A DNA stretch of 64,000 nucleotides, taken from assembly GCA_965112155.1 (NCBI GenBank), contig OZ218111.1; one strand, written 5' to 3'. The translations under genes were made by a program, and so were the position numbers. This document shows positions 47,531 to 59,815 of this stretch, piece after piece. The notes under the pieces are model-generated. The model was not told the origin of the DNA. It saw only the letters and a program-made list of their open reading frames with translations, and made no database searches. Position 1 is the first letter of the stretch. Every line of letters starts with the position of its first letter. The DNA comes from Podarcis liolepis (taxonomy: Eukaryota).

Positions 47531-49134
47531 ATTCATATACAAGCAAGCCGGCCGTCAACGTTTTTTCAGAGGTCTGGGAGCCTCACCTGCCTCTGGTCTA
47601 CTGGCAGCAAGAGGTACCCCAAGGTGGTCTTGTTGCAATTCCACCTTTGACTAGTTCTGGGTGGCAATGTACTCATTAAATCCCAGCTTAACATCCCTCA
47701 AATGGCGAGTTCAAGATCCACTGCAGGCTTGAGTCCTGACACTAATGTAAGCAGAAAGCCATGGAGGCAAGGGCATGCTGAATATTGTTTTTAAGGACAA
47801 TGATGCTATAAAGTCTCCTGCCCACCCTTCTTTAAATTACTCTGTGCGACTTGCAAGTTTGTTTGGCTTTTTAATTTACAGTTATACTGAAGAGCACAGG
47901 ATGGCTTTATTTAGTTGCATTCCATGTTTCTCAGCATAACTGCAAATTGAAAATAAGCACTTACGATACTGCTTGTGATCGAGCTAAAGAAGAACTTTAT
48001 AGTCTGAAATGTTCTAAAATTTGTTCTTAATTACTTTGTGCACATTTTACACAATTAAATTTCCATCTCAAGATTTTGCATTTAGATTGTGCACTGCAGT
48101 TAAACCCTCAATTTAGAGGAAAGCAGCCGACAGTTTGGAACATTCAGACATTGGAAACTTTTTTTAAAAAACAACAACAGACCAAACAAACCCAGACATA
48201 ACAACTGGATTACCTGAAACTCACATGGTAAGATTTCATTTCCGAGACCAATTTGTAGATTTCTAGATTCAAGGTTTAAAATCGCCTTAACATTCTACTG
48301 ACAAAGACCCTGATAAATATTAAATACTGCAAGAAGAAGCCCTATCGTTTTTCCTTCCTACCTCTACCAATTCCACTGTCCTCTTATTGCTCAGTTTAAA
48401 AAAGAATCCAGGAGGATATAACCGCAATTTACTCATGTTAAAGTGCTTTGGAGGTTAAATTGGCAACAAAGAACAAGAGACGCAAACCACCTTGAAATAG
48501 GGTTTCAATTAAATGAGAAGGATTTAGTAACACAGGTCCAAAAGAAAAAAAAAGGGGGGGAGAGTTACAAATTAATTTAATCTTCTGCCTATAGTTTGCA
48601 GCTGCACTCCAAAGTGTCTGGGGCTTAGAAACAAAGCAAGGCAAGGCCACTGAGCGGAGGAAGCTTCCATTTTTAATGTACAAGACCATTAGCTGATAAC
48701 TTGTGGAATGTGCGACCCCTGCAGAGGGCCATGAGCCCGAGTAACAGAGACAGATGAAATGACACGTCTGTTGGAGGCTGCACCTAGGCTAGGGAGAAAG
48801 GCCACCAGACCAAGTAAGAAACATGCCCTCTGAGACCTCCAGACAAAAGAGATTAAACCCCAAGTTTAATTCACTTTCACTAAAGCCTTATAAATCAAAA
48901 AGAATCATCCAGTGCTGCTAAATTCTGAATACACCCACCACCCAATTACTTTAGGTACGGATGCTCCGTTTTTGAAAAGGCTGTTCCTGATGTAAAGCCT
49001 GGGATCTACCTGAGATGAGAGACCTACAGCTTCAAGTTTGGCTGGCAAGTTGAAATCAGTGTGTTTAATTCAAGTCCTGGAGAGGAATTCCTGGTGTCTG
49101 CAGGCTGAGGCTTTGGTGCTCTGCATAGCCCACT

Positions 49135-49245
49135 CCCCCAGTAGTTCTCCAGTTGTTTTGGACTCCAATTCCCATTAGCGCCAATCTCAATGGCCAAAGG
49201 TCAGCGATGATGAGGTGTATTGTCTATAAACATCTGGAGAGCCAC
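49135..49245. mobile_element. Palindromic MITE-like repeat (ggactacaactcccatca family)
   Basis: ctccagttgttttggactccaattcccattag...aaaacatctggag. Confidence 0.6.
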
Positions 49246-49379
49246 AGAACAACGTAAGAAGAGCTCTTCAGGATTAGCTCAAAGGCCAGTCTAAACCAGC
49301 TCCTTGTTCTTGCAGTGCTGCACTTCTCACAGTCTTTTGTAGTGTCCATGTTTAGTTCTGCTTCTACTTCCCTCCCCTT

Positions 49380-49495
49380 TGTCTATCTGCCCCCGAGTCG
49401 TATTTGAGATTGTAAGCAACCTGGAGCAGAAAGCCATCCTCTAGCACTCTGTCTAGCGCCAGGCGCACTGATGGTGCTGTAGAAATAATAAATGA
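49380..49495 (+). mobile_element. L2-type LINE 3' tail remnant
   Basis: gagattgtaagc...ctgtctagcgccaggcgcactgatggtgctgtagaaataataaatgat. Confidence 0.5.
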
Positions 49496-51565
49496 TGTGG
49501 AAATGCAAAGAAATGGAATTGTAAAGTGCAAGGTCCTGCTGGCAAATCAGACATAGTCCTGCTCAGAGCCAGCCTGCCCATGAGGCGGGCTGAGGCAGCT
49601 GCATCAGGCGGTGGAACACCAAGAGGCGACACCCCTTCTGCCCCTGGCTGAGAAGCGGTGGCAGAAGTGGCTTCTGCCAAGATCTTGTGAGATCTCACCA
49701 GAACCTGCTGCTGTCAGGGCCACTTTTTGCAGGGGCTGCCTCAAGACTCAGGTAAGAGAGGCTTTGGAGGTGCAGAGGTGATGAAACAGAATGCGCCACC
49801 CCAGTTCTGCTCCTTCCCAACTCTCCCAGCTTTTCTTATTGGGGGAGAGTGTGAGGGGAGATGGGGCTTGAGCTCCCAGCCTGCTGCAGATTTGGCAGGA
49901 TAGGACTGCCAAGAGCAGGGTGCTAGTCTCTTTGTACGCTGGTTTGCCTTAGGCACTTCTGTAACAAAAAAAGGAGCTTGAGTAGCAATAAAGATGGCTA
50001 ATTAGTTGAGTTTCAGAATCCGAGTTTTGTTTAGAGATGGATTTGTAGGAAGACCACATACATATTTCTTTCACTGCTTGTACACCTCTCTGTTCACATA
50101 ATTGCGTTATTTATTTCCTCAGCACAAAGCCTGCCTACTGTCGCCGAGCAATGAATGCCGGAAAAGAAATGATGCATTGAGGTCTCAACCTGGGCAAACT
50201 TTACCTAAACTTACACTTTATTGCAGCTTAGTTCACAATCTTCCCCTAATATAGGGTTACCTCCCAGCGCAGCAAGCGGATAAATCATTCTGGAATATTA
50301 CTCTGGCTAAGTTTCACTGTGACTGGAGCATATGCGCTTCCAAGCCTCGGAAGCAGAGGCCCATAAAATACACTAATTACTAGAAGTTATGGTCACTGGG
50401 TGATTGATAGCACTCTGCAAGGCAACTTCTTCGTTCCCAGCTTTGCTGATGGGCCTCACCCGCCACAGAGGAGGCAATTATTAATTCATGACCCAGGCCT
50501 TGGGCAGTGGAACCTTTACTTCCAATTCTACCCCCACGAAAACCACCACAAATGCTGGACATCAGCTTTCATTGTGACAATGGAGAAGTTGCTTTCAACA
50601 GACGACCTTTGTTTGGCAAAAATCACAAGGGAAGAACTAGAATGGTCTGTCTCTTACGCACACACACACGCACACGCCACTGATTACAAAATTCAGTTGG
50701 CCCATATGCATCAGCCTGTCTCCCAGTGTGCACATCTCCAAGACCAGTGTACATGGAACCAGTGGAAACTACAGTTCTATAGTCACCTGAATGTTTTAAA
50801 AGGGCTGGTTTTCAGCTGCCAAATCCTACATGACTTGACATCTACAGAGCTCAACAGCCTCCCCTCCGCCTCTACAGAGTCTCCATGGTCAACCAAGAGC
50901 GCCCTCTTTAGCCTACCATCTGTGTGGCAAGCCTAGATAAAGGCAAACAGAGAAGCTAGCTCCGCAATATTCTTCCTCTTGAGATTCACGAGTAACCGAG
51001 CAATGTAAAACTTCTCATGACAACTGTTACAGAGCCATGCAAATCCCAAACAATTTTTATGTTTAAATGTAGAGAGTTTTATAATATTTTATGTTGGATT
51101 TGCTTATTTTTTAACCAGTCAACAAACAGAGCAAGAGTTTAACAAAAGGTAAGACAACAACACATTCAGTAAAATTTACACACTCAGTATACATGAACAA
51201 AATTTGCAAGTCTGCATCTGCCTAGCAAGGCGCAGAATTCACCCTTAAAATTTCCCCTAACTTCAATTACTACAAAGAACACACAAGCTACATGTCTATC
51301 AGGTCCACTTCTAATATCTAAAAGCTTTACTCATCTGCAACTGTCTCCGTCTCAATTTTTTTGAAACAGAGCTCCGCCCCCCCATCCTTTATGCATATTT
51401 CAGAGAAGTCTAATTTTGCTACTAAGGATGAGAAAAACTACTTCCAGAAGGAGTTGCTCATTTCCTCTAAGATTTTCTTAAGAGGACACCAAGGTTCACT
51501 GAAGATAATTTTTAATCAATAGTTTAATGTCATTTTATATGCCATTGTTTGTATTGTTATTGTAG

Positions 51566-51707
51566 CCCGGGGGTGGCCAACATGGTGCTCTCTAGATGGT
51601 CTGGACTATGACTCCCAACAGCCCCACTCAGCATGACAAGTGATCAAAGAGGATGGGAGTTGTAGTCCAAAACACCTGGAGGGCACCATGCTGGCTACCC
51701 CTGCTGT
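51566..51707. mobile_element. Palindromic MITE-like repeat (ggactacaactcccatca family)
   Basis: ggggtggccaacatggtgctctctagatg...gatgggagttgtagtccaaaacacctggagggcaccatgctggctacccc. Confidence 0.75.
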
Positions 51708-52429
51708 GGGCAGTTCACCTCTACATAAATAAGAAGAAACTAGATTTCCAGGCTGGGGAGGCATGATCAATGGTGGTAAAAAGCAAAGCAAAGCAAACAA
51801 GCAAACAACAATACCCAATAAAGACCAAAAAGTTAGCTTGTGTATCCAGAAATAGTCCAAAGGAACAACAGGGGGCCACCTGCATGAACTCAATAAGTAA
51901 GAGATATGCCCTTCAATAATTCAAAGTAATACAAAACAATTGACTGTAAAAGAGAAAGAAATGATGTTTTCTTTTCTTTGTCAGCTGTCAGATCAGCTCA
52001 GAGCGTCATATGGAGAAAGTACCAGCTCTACAAAACAACCTTCTCCACTGTTAGCAGCCTAAACAGAAAGGCACAGTCCATTCTGCTTCCAGCAGAGCTT
52101 GTGTTCATTCTTACCTAACACATGCAAAATCTGGCATCAAAACAAAGTTCCCATTCAGAAGACACTATTTCTCTCTCAAGAAACAGGTTCTGGAGATTTT
52201 AATATCACTTCTGGAGAAGATACCCTTTGAGTGCCTTTGCCTATCAAGGTGGTTTTGTGGACGTGCATAGTATTAATTCGGAAATCGGACAGTCAGAACT
52301 GGAGTCAGCAGCAACTGCATATGGATGAGAAAGGAGCTGGGGTCAGGGAGAGAAGGTCCTGGAAGGATAATAAAAGACTCAGAGGCTCTGGAGATCTGTT
52401 TGAGCAGCTCTGTGGGTGGGACGTAGACT

Positions 52430-52552
52430 AGCTTTTGGTAATCCAGTGCCCTCCAGATGTTTACAACTCCCATCTGCTTCAGCAAGCACAGCTGTGTTGG
52501 CTGGGGCTGATTGGAGTTGTCGTCCAGAGGGCACCAGGTCGGCAAAGGCTGA
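52430..52552. mobile_element. Palindromic MITE-like repeat (ggactacaactcccatca family)
   Basis: gtgccctccagatgtttacaactcccatc...ggagttgtcgtccagagggcacc. Confidence 0.65.
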
Positions 52553-53099
52553 TGTGAACTAAGAGATTTCTCTTGAGGCACAAGGCACCAACAGCTTATA
52601 TTATTAATATATATATTTAAAGCTGTAACTCAATTGTTTTGGTCTGCTTGTTACCATAATGGAGTGACTTGCAGCCATCAAATCACTATCTGGTTCCTTG
52701 GATAGTTGGTTATAAAATAGTGTTTGGTTTAAAAAAAAAAAGTCTAAGGAAGGTTGGAAATGTGGCATGGAAAATAGTTAAAGCAATTTAAAACAAATCA
52801 TACCGTAGGTACTGAAATGTGCCCAGATCCATCTAATGTGTTCAATTAACAACTACTTAAAATCTTCAAAGAAAGAATGGGGAAATAATGCCACTCTAAA
52901 TGGGATTAGTTAATACTGACCTTCTATCTTGCAGAAGCAGACACAGAATTAAAAGGGGAGTGACAAGCCAGCTTGAATTTCCAGCAGTGAACTGAAAGCA
53001 AACACTTGGCCATGACTTTCTATGGAAGCAGATAGGACCACATCTCTACAGTGCAAGCTCTCTTTGCCTGGCACTGGAAATCTGAAAGGTGGGCATAAC

Positions 53100-53366
53100 C
53101 AGTGCCGGATTTACGTATAAGCTAAACAAGCTATAGCTTAGGGCTCATTCTCTTGAGGCCCCCCAAAAAATTTAAAGGGGGAAAAAAACGGATGTACATT
53201 TCCAAAATATAAGATAAAAAACAAATAAAATGGTTTCAGATAACTATTAGGTCCATAAATTACCATATAGCATATATACAACACAAAAAACAGTGACAAT
53301 TTGTTGTTGGCAAAGGATAGCTGGACATATAAAGGGCCCCATTACCTTCAGTAGCTTAGGGCCCTG
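53100..53366. mobile_element. hAT-type non-autonomous DNA element with 8-bp TSD
   Basis: cagtgccgg...ggccctg termini flanked by ggcataac (53092-53099) and ggcataat (53367-53374). Confidence 0.7.
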
Positions 53367-53435
53367 GGCATAATGAATCTAGCAGCAAGTGTGATGCACA
53401 TTGGGACCAGGGCCCTGCGACAAAGTAGCAGGACC

Positions 53436-53732
53436 TAGGACCATATGAAGTTGCCTTATACCGAATCAGACCAATTGGCCCATCTAGCTCAGTACTGCCA
53501 CAGTACAGCTGTTTTTGGACTACAACTCCCATCACCCCTAGCTGGCAAGATTGGTGGTCAGGGATGATGGGAATTGTAGTCCAAAAACAACTGGATACCC
53601 AAGTTTGGGAATGACCTACACTAATGGTCAGTGGCTCTCTAGGGTTTTGGGAAGGAGTATTTCCCAGTGTTACCTGTAAATTGAATATGGGACCTTCTGC
53701 ATGCAAAACATGTGATCTACCACTGCAATACT
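53436..53732 (-). mobile_element. Squam2-like SINE split by a palindromic MITE (~53505-53615)
   Basis: SINE tail (gttgccttataccgaatcagacc..catctagctcagtac) and head (gggaccttctgcatgcaaa..tctaccactg) separated by the tttttggactacaactcccatca...gatgggaattgtagtccaaaaa hairpin. Confidence 0.75.
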
Positions 53733-54257
53733 GAGGGTTGCATTGTTTTAAGAAATGGAGAGCCAGTGATGGACACAAGACCATTCCTAGAATACACTGT
53801 TATTCATAACAATGCTGAAGATGACTAATAATAATGATTTGTATAACACTTTTCAGTGTGAGACCATAAGCTGTTATGTCACCTTGCGCCTGCATGGTAT
53901 GTACTAGAAAAATGCCACTTTTTGGTGACCAGACAGAAATGTCAGCATGGGGAAGAAGCTCAAACAAAACACCCTTAACAATCGTTGCAAAAAGCTCTGG
54001 GGAGGTTTTACAACACAGAGGAGACAACAGTGGCCCCAGCACAATATTACAGGACTCATAACTAGGTCCCAAGAGATACCTCATGCCTCGCTCGTTGCTG
54101 TCCAATTTATCTTTTTTAATAGTACCAGGAAAGGGGGGAAACCCACCAATCCTCATGCTTCAGTTTTCGAAGCAAGAACATTTCAAGAAAGGCCAGCCAC
54201 TTCCACCAAAACATTTCCCATGGAGATAAAGCAGCCTTCCCCAAACTAACGTTAAGG

Positions 54258-54440
54258 GTATAAGAAAAGTCTAGCTGGAGCAGACTGGTGTCTGGCATTC
54301 TGTTCCTTCAGTGGCCACCCAGATGCCCCAGGGAGAACCTGAGTGCAAAAAAGCTCTCCCCACTTGTGCTCCCCAGCAACAGCCATTCAGAGGGATGTTG
54401 CTTCTGATAGCAGAGACAGTACACAGCCATCATGGCTAGT
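54258..54440 (-). mobile_element. CR1-like 3' end fragment (TTCTTATG-type tail family)
   Basis: cattctgttccttcagtggccacccagatgcccc...ctctccccacttgtgctccccagcaac. Confidence 0.55.
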
Positions 54441-54582
54441 AATAGTAGTAGGATTTATTGGGAAATAAATTGTGAAAGGCTTAATTTTCAACCTGTACTG
54501 GGCCAGGACTTGCATCTCCAAGGAATTAATACCTTCCAAACCAGAAGTCCTCCTACTGTGGGATTGTCAGAGTGAACTGTAG

Positions 54583-54783
54583 CTTAGGGAGGTTTGATCA
54601 TATGATGCTGCCTAATACCATGTCAAACAATTGGTCCATTCAGCCAAGTACCATTTACTCAGCCTGGCAGCAGCTTTCCAAAGGCTCTGACAAACAATGT
54701 TTCTTCCCAGTCCTAGCAGTGCCAGCAACTGAACCTGGGACCTTTGACAAGCAAAGCACATGCTCTACCACTGAACTATAGCT
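54583..54783 (-). mobile_element. Squam2-like tRNA-derived SINE
   Basis: gctgcctaatac...ttggtccattcagcc...gaacctgggacctttgacaagcaaagcacatgctctaccactgaactatagc. Confidence 0.65.
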
Positions 54784-55387
54784 TTCTCATGTATCTACAT
54801 CTGTAACGTAACACATTCTAAGCTTCCTTCTCTCTTCCACTGATTTTCTCAGATATTCTCTGGGTCAAAACCTGCATAAGGCCTATTTGCCGTTTACTGT
54901 TTACTACCCCCTCCCCTTCAAAATAAAGTAGATTTAAGATACAATTGCGTCCTGCAACTTCTTTTCCTTCAAAATGGAAGCAACCCAATTACACACACTT
55001 TTTAAAAACTGAGAATATAAACATGAAGGGTAGTTTAGGGTACACAATACTGAGCAAAATGGATAAATAGTCTGACTTGGTAGCAGGCAGATCCACACAT
55101 TTTGCTCCAAGCTTAGAAGACTAAAATAAATTTCAGGTTGACAACAGAGTTCAAGCAGGCTCTGAAGCATTACTGCACTGCTGTCAGGCTGGGCTCTTTT
55201 CCCCTACACAACGATGCAAAGAGTAGCCTTTTTTAGGGCCTGTTAGTAGTGAGCAGAATGCATTAGCTGCTCAGAACAAATGGCCTCACATATCTCAATT
55301 CTCTTTTTATTACCCTACCATATGACTAATGAATCTACAGTATAGAAGTAGTCTATTGCCATCCAGAAGAATATCAGCCGTCCTCTA

Positions 55388-55497
55388 TCTGGGGCCCTCC
55401 AGATGTTTTGGACTACAACTCCCATTAGCCTCAGGCAGCACAGCCATTGGGAGTTGCGGTCCAAACATTTGCAAGGCACCAGGTGGGGGAAGGTTGG
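55388..55497. mobile_element. Palindromic MITE-like repeat (ggactacaactcccatca family)
   Basis: gccctccagatgttttggactacaactcccattagcc...gggagttgcggtccaaacat. Confidence 0.7.
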
Positions 55498-57510
55498 TAT
55501 AGATTGTTGCCCAAACTAGGACCAGCAGTTTTCCTGGTTACCCCAGAAACTTTCAATATTAGATCTCAGTCCTGACACACATGAAGTAATTGTTCAGAAG
55601 AGAGTGCACCTGCTTCCACAGAATGCCTCAATCTCATGACTCAACCCATTGGATGCACGTGGGATCAAGGACTCTGACACATTTCTAAGCTCTGGCATCC
55701 TTTCTTTTTCTGAATAAAAGTGCAGAGAAAACCTCTTTAGCTTTATTACTCAAGGGATCTAAGGAACACACTAGCTCAATGACACAAAGTCTGGCTCAAA
55801 AGGGATGTTTGGAAATTCCAACATAAACTCCAGCTGTCCTCTCCAAATGCTCCCTGGCCCACCCCAGTGTCAACAGACAGTGTGACTTCAATGGCAATGA
55901 CCTTGCATGGCTTCCTGGAGCATCACCTTCACCTTTCTAAAGCCATTTTCCCTTGCTCTCCTCATTTAACACATCACTCAAACCACTTCAATAAAACAAC
56001 GATCATGTTGAGGAGAGGTCTCCGAGGAGCAGATGACACACCAATTAACAAAGCACACAGAGACAAATTGTTCCATGCTTCTGACTCAGGAGAGAAAAGC
56101 AAGCAGAAGGCAAAGAAGAGGAAAGGAAGTTTGTTCAAGAAGAGGCAATAAACAGACCCTCCCTGTGCAAAGAGATGGCACTATCCAGGCCTAGGGCTCT
56201 TTGCATAAGCTCTCTGGTGTTAAGTTTAACTATCCCCACTATAGGACTCAAACATTTAGTTGTGGGGGGAGCAGATTACTTATCTGAAATCATCGTGCAG
56301 TGTTAGCAACAGGAAGCAGAAAGGGCCCCTCCCATTTTATCATAACAACTATGTGTGGTATGTCAAGATAAGAAATGAGCTTAACACATGGGATGGAGGT
56401 TCAGGTCAAGCCAATGCCATAGGCCAGGTTTTGTAACATTCTGAATTATCCACATTATAATTGCGGTTGCAGCTAAGAGTAGATTACCACCCAGGTCATA
56501 AAGCATATTAATGATGGCCAGGATATACAAATTTTACTCATCATGCCCAAAAAACTTCAGATGGACACTCTTAACTGCAACAGCAATACCTCAAAATGTT
56601 ACAGAAACCTGGCCCATGTCTTTGGCCTGACCAAGCTAGGCATGAGCTGAGCACCCATTTCCTGCACCCTCCAGTTATCTGGCACTGGAGTGGTCCATTT
56701 CACTTACCTGCGAGGCATGCCCAACCTAACATTTGGCAACCCAAGTTGCAGGCATGGAACAACAATAGAGGCAGAAGTGAAATCTAATTTCATTCTATGG
56801 GCTAGATTCAACTAAGATGTTGTACTGGTGCAATGGAGCTCCTCTTGCACTCCCTCAACCCCCCCAAAAAACCCCACTGCTTCCTACGCATAACAGTGCA
56901 GGGAGAGGATGGGGAAAACAGTTCCCTCTGGCAAGCAGAAAAGCTTGGGTTGATAGAACAATGGCTTTAGCACAACATTAAATCCCATCCATAGGCTATA
57001 AGATGATGTAGTCAGTATGGGGTCTTTCCAACCTCAAGATAAAAACCTCAAGAGAAACTTCTTTCTGAAGAACAAATCCTTTCTAAATAAAACACAGAGA
57101 CTAAACAATGGTTGTTAAATACTATTCAACATGCAAAAGGATGCTCCAAAGTGCAGTCACTTTGTAATCTTAGTCCCAGTTCACAGGTTTACAAATCCCT
57201 CACAAAGAATATCCCTGTACTCCCATTAGCTTCCCAAATGGTGTGCGAGCTGGGCTATCCATGCTGATGCCTGGTCCTCTAGTAGCCCCCATTCCACAGG
57301 ATGCCTCTCCCTCAAAAGAAGGGAGGAAGGGATTGATCCTTTGTGGCTTGGGCATCAACATGGATTACTTAGCTCACATATTATTTCCCCCATGCAAAAA
57401 ATTCATATGCAGGATCTCTTTAAAAACACCCAAACCTGCATGAATCATGAATCAAAACCCAATTGTGTTCTTTTTATATAGTTGGAAAACAAACATATAA
57501 AGGCACCTAC

Positions 57511-57582
57511 CTCCATGAAGGAAATCCCTAGGCTCCAAACATCAGAATGAATTCCATACTGCTCTCCTGAAATGCGTTCTGG
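57511..57582 (-). CDS. MAP2K5: MAP2K5 72-nt exon (human exon ~16), PERISGEQYGIHSDVWSLGISFME
   Basis: ttttaacag|CCAGAACGC...TTCATGGAG|gtaggt; kinase subdomains VIII-IX (APE, DVWSLG). Confidence 0.97.
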
Positions 57583-58497
57583 CTGTTAAAAGCAAATGGG
57601 GAGAGGTAACTGAACCTAATGAAATGTCCAGAAATAAAAACACAACCTTAATTAGAGAGGGAAAATAAAAACTCAGATGCTAAAATGTTGATAAAAATGT
57701 TTGAAAGCATGCACTCTGGTGAATTTATTTCAACAGCAAAAGCAGACTTTTAAGGACATTTCTCTTCACTCTCCTAATTGGGACCCATTAGATAAGCTCC
57801 CATGCAGGTTATGTTGGCAGGAGAGGGAACAACAATTCTAGCTGCACAATCAGAGTATGAGTGGCAACTTTAGAGGGCAATTGTATCACAAGGATACAAT
57901 GAGACGTGGAGTGGGACTTGAGAGGTGAAACTGGAAACGTTTGAGCAAGCAGCACAACTGGCAGAGAGTGGAATGGTGAGAAGCCAAAAGTTGCTTGGGG
58001 TTTGAGGGACAGCACTCTTTTTCAGAGTGGAGCTGAGAAGGAAGCAAGCATGAAACATGTGGTCAGCTTGACTGGGGTGGGTTGTCAGAGCAGCAAAGTG
58101 TTGGTGGGGCATTTAGAATTGGAAACCAGGAGCCAATGGGTTGGCAGAGAGTACACCGTGCTTGACCCAGTTACTGCCACAAAGGCAGCATGCCAGCCTC
58201 AGTTGTATGTAGCTTTGCCAAGCATGGCCAAACTGCACTGTGCACTCTTGTGACATACAATACTGGATGGAGTTACAGTATCATGTGTAGCCTCACCTAT
58301 TCAGGGCTAGTATTCCTTGTGTTTCTGACTGCTCTTATACAGCGCCAGGACCACCATTCTCTCATTGCAACTGAGCAACCAAAATGTCACTGGGGAGGCT
58401 GACCTTTCCAACTGCAGTACCCCTAAAAATGCTACCAAAGGGCAACTTCCTGGGAGCGCCCTGAGAGCAGCCCTCACTATACGGACCCTTCAATATA

Positions 58498-58736
58498 CCA
58501 TATTTTTTGCTCTATAAGACGCACCAAGTTTTTGGAGGAGGGAAACAAGAAAAAAAAAATCTGAATCCCAGAAGCCAGAACAGCAAGAGGGATCCGTGCA
58601 CAGTGAAAGCAGCGATTCCTCTTGCTGTTCTGGCTTCTGGGATAGCTGCGCAGCCTGCATTCGCTCCATAAGACAAACACATTTCCCCTTACTTTTTAGG
58701 AGGGAAAAAGTGTGTCTTATAGAGCAAAAAATACGG
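58498..58736. mobile_element. Tc1/mariner/pogo-type MITE with TA TSD and an internal 30-bp hairpin
   Basis: ta|ccatattttttgctctataagac ... gtcttatagagcaaaaaatacgg|ta; termini similar to 40585-40753. Confidence 0.88.
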
Positions 58737-59553
58737 TACTTATTTCTATCCCAGAGTCTCTGATAAAGTTAGAATAAATGTACCCTTATAGACAACAAAG
58801 CAATCAAAATAAAATTAGATGCCGTAAGCTACTCAGGACATCACTTTCCCAACAATGCTCACATATGCATCTCTATTCTCATGTCATCTGTCTTATGCAA
58901 GTTACTAGCATATCTGTACGAATGTGTGAAGAAAGCAAGGGGGGTGTCCACAGAAAACCAGCTCTTGTTTAACTGTTCCCAAGCTAATGTACATTGCAAC
59001 CTGCAAATAAAAGAGGTTCAGCTCACACCAATTAGCGGCAAGTTTAATACCGCTCGAGACAGCAAGGAACGCAAAATAGCCAGCCAGCTCTTTTACTCAA
59101 AAGCTGTGCTCTAAGTATTGCCAAGGTCAAGTACAGTGTGAAATGCAACAATAAAAAGACTCGACAAGACTCTCTTTCCCACTGTGCTGTTAATGCACCT
59201 GTCTAGTTCAGGCACCTTGCACAACTCCTTTCCCCCTCCACTCTATAATAACCCAGAAGCCTTTAGAGAAAACAAACGCACCCAAATTAGTGCCAGTCGA
59301 ACGTGCTCAAGGATGCTTCCTCTCAGCTGCTAATCCCAGGTCAGGAGCTTTTAGCGCCAAGTAAACGTTAAGTAAAAAACACAGACACAATGGCCTAAAT
59401 GGTCTTTAAGACTCAGCCTTTTAGACAGTACAGAGAGCAGAATCCTCCCAGAAGCAAAGCACATGCAGAGAACAGACCATAGCACTTCTGAGCTGAGTCC
59501 CTATGAACAAAGGCAAAGCAGTAGCGGTGTTCTGGAAAGGTGAGCCTTTCCTG

Positions 59554-59590
59554 TCATGGACTGTAGGGCTTATCATGGACTGTAGGGCTT
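59554..59590. repeat. Tandem duplication of a 19-bp unit
   Basis: tcatggactgtagggctta tcatggactgtagggctt. Confidence 0.9.
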
Positions 59591-59621
59591 GAACTGGGGG
59601 TCTGGGAGGTCAGACTCTAGA

Positions 59622-59815
59622 TCCCTCCACTGTCAGAGGCAGTATGCCTCTAAATACCTGTTACTGGGAACCACAAGTGGGGAGAGTGCTGCTGCACTCT
59701 CAGGTCCTGCTGGCAGGTCTCCCATTGCAGCATCTGGTTGGCCAATCTGAGAACAGGATGCTGGACCAGAGGCCTGCTTCAGCCTGATCCAGTAGGGATA
59801 TTCTTATGGTTTTAT
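59622..59815 (+). mobile_element. CR1-like 3' end fragment (TTCTTATG tail)
   Basis: ctccactgtcagaggcagtatg...catctggttggcca..tgagaacaggatgctggacc...ttcttatggttttatg. Confidence 0.65.
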
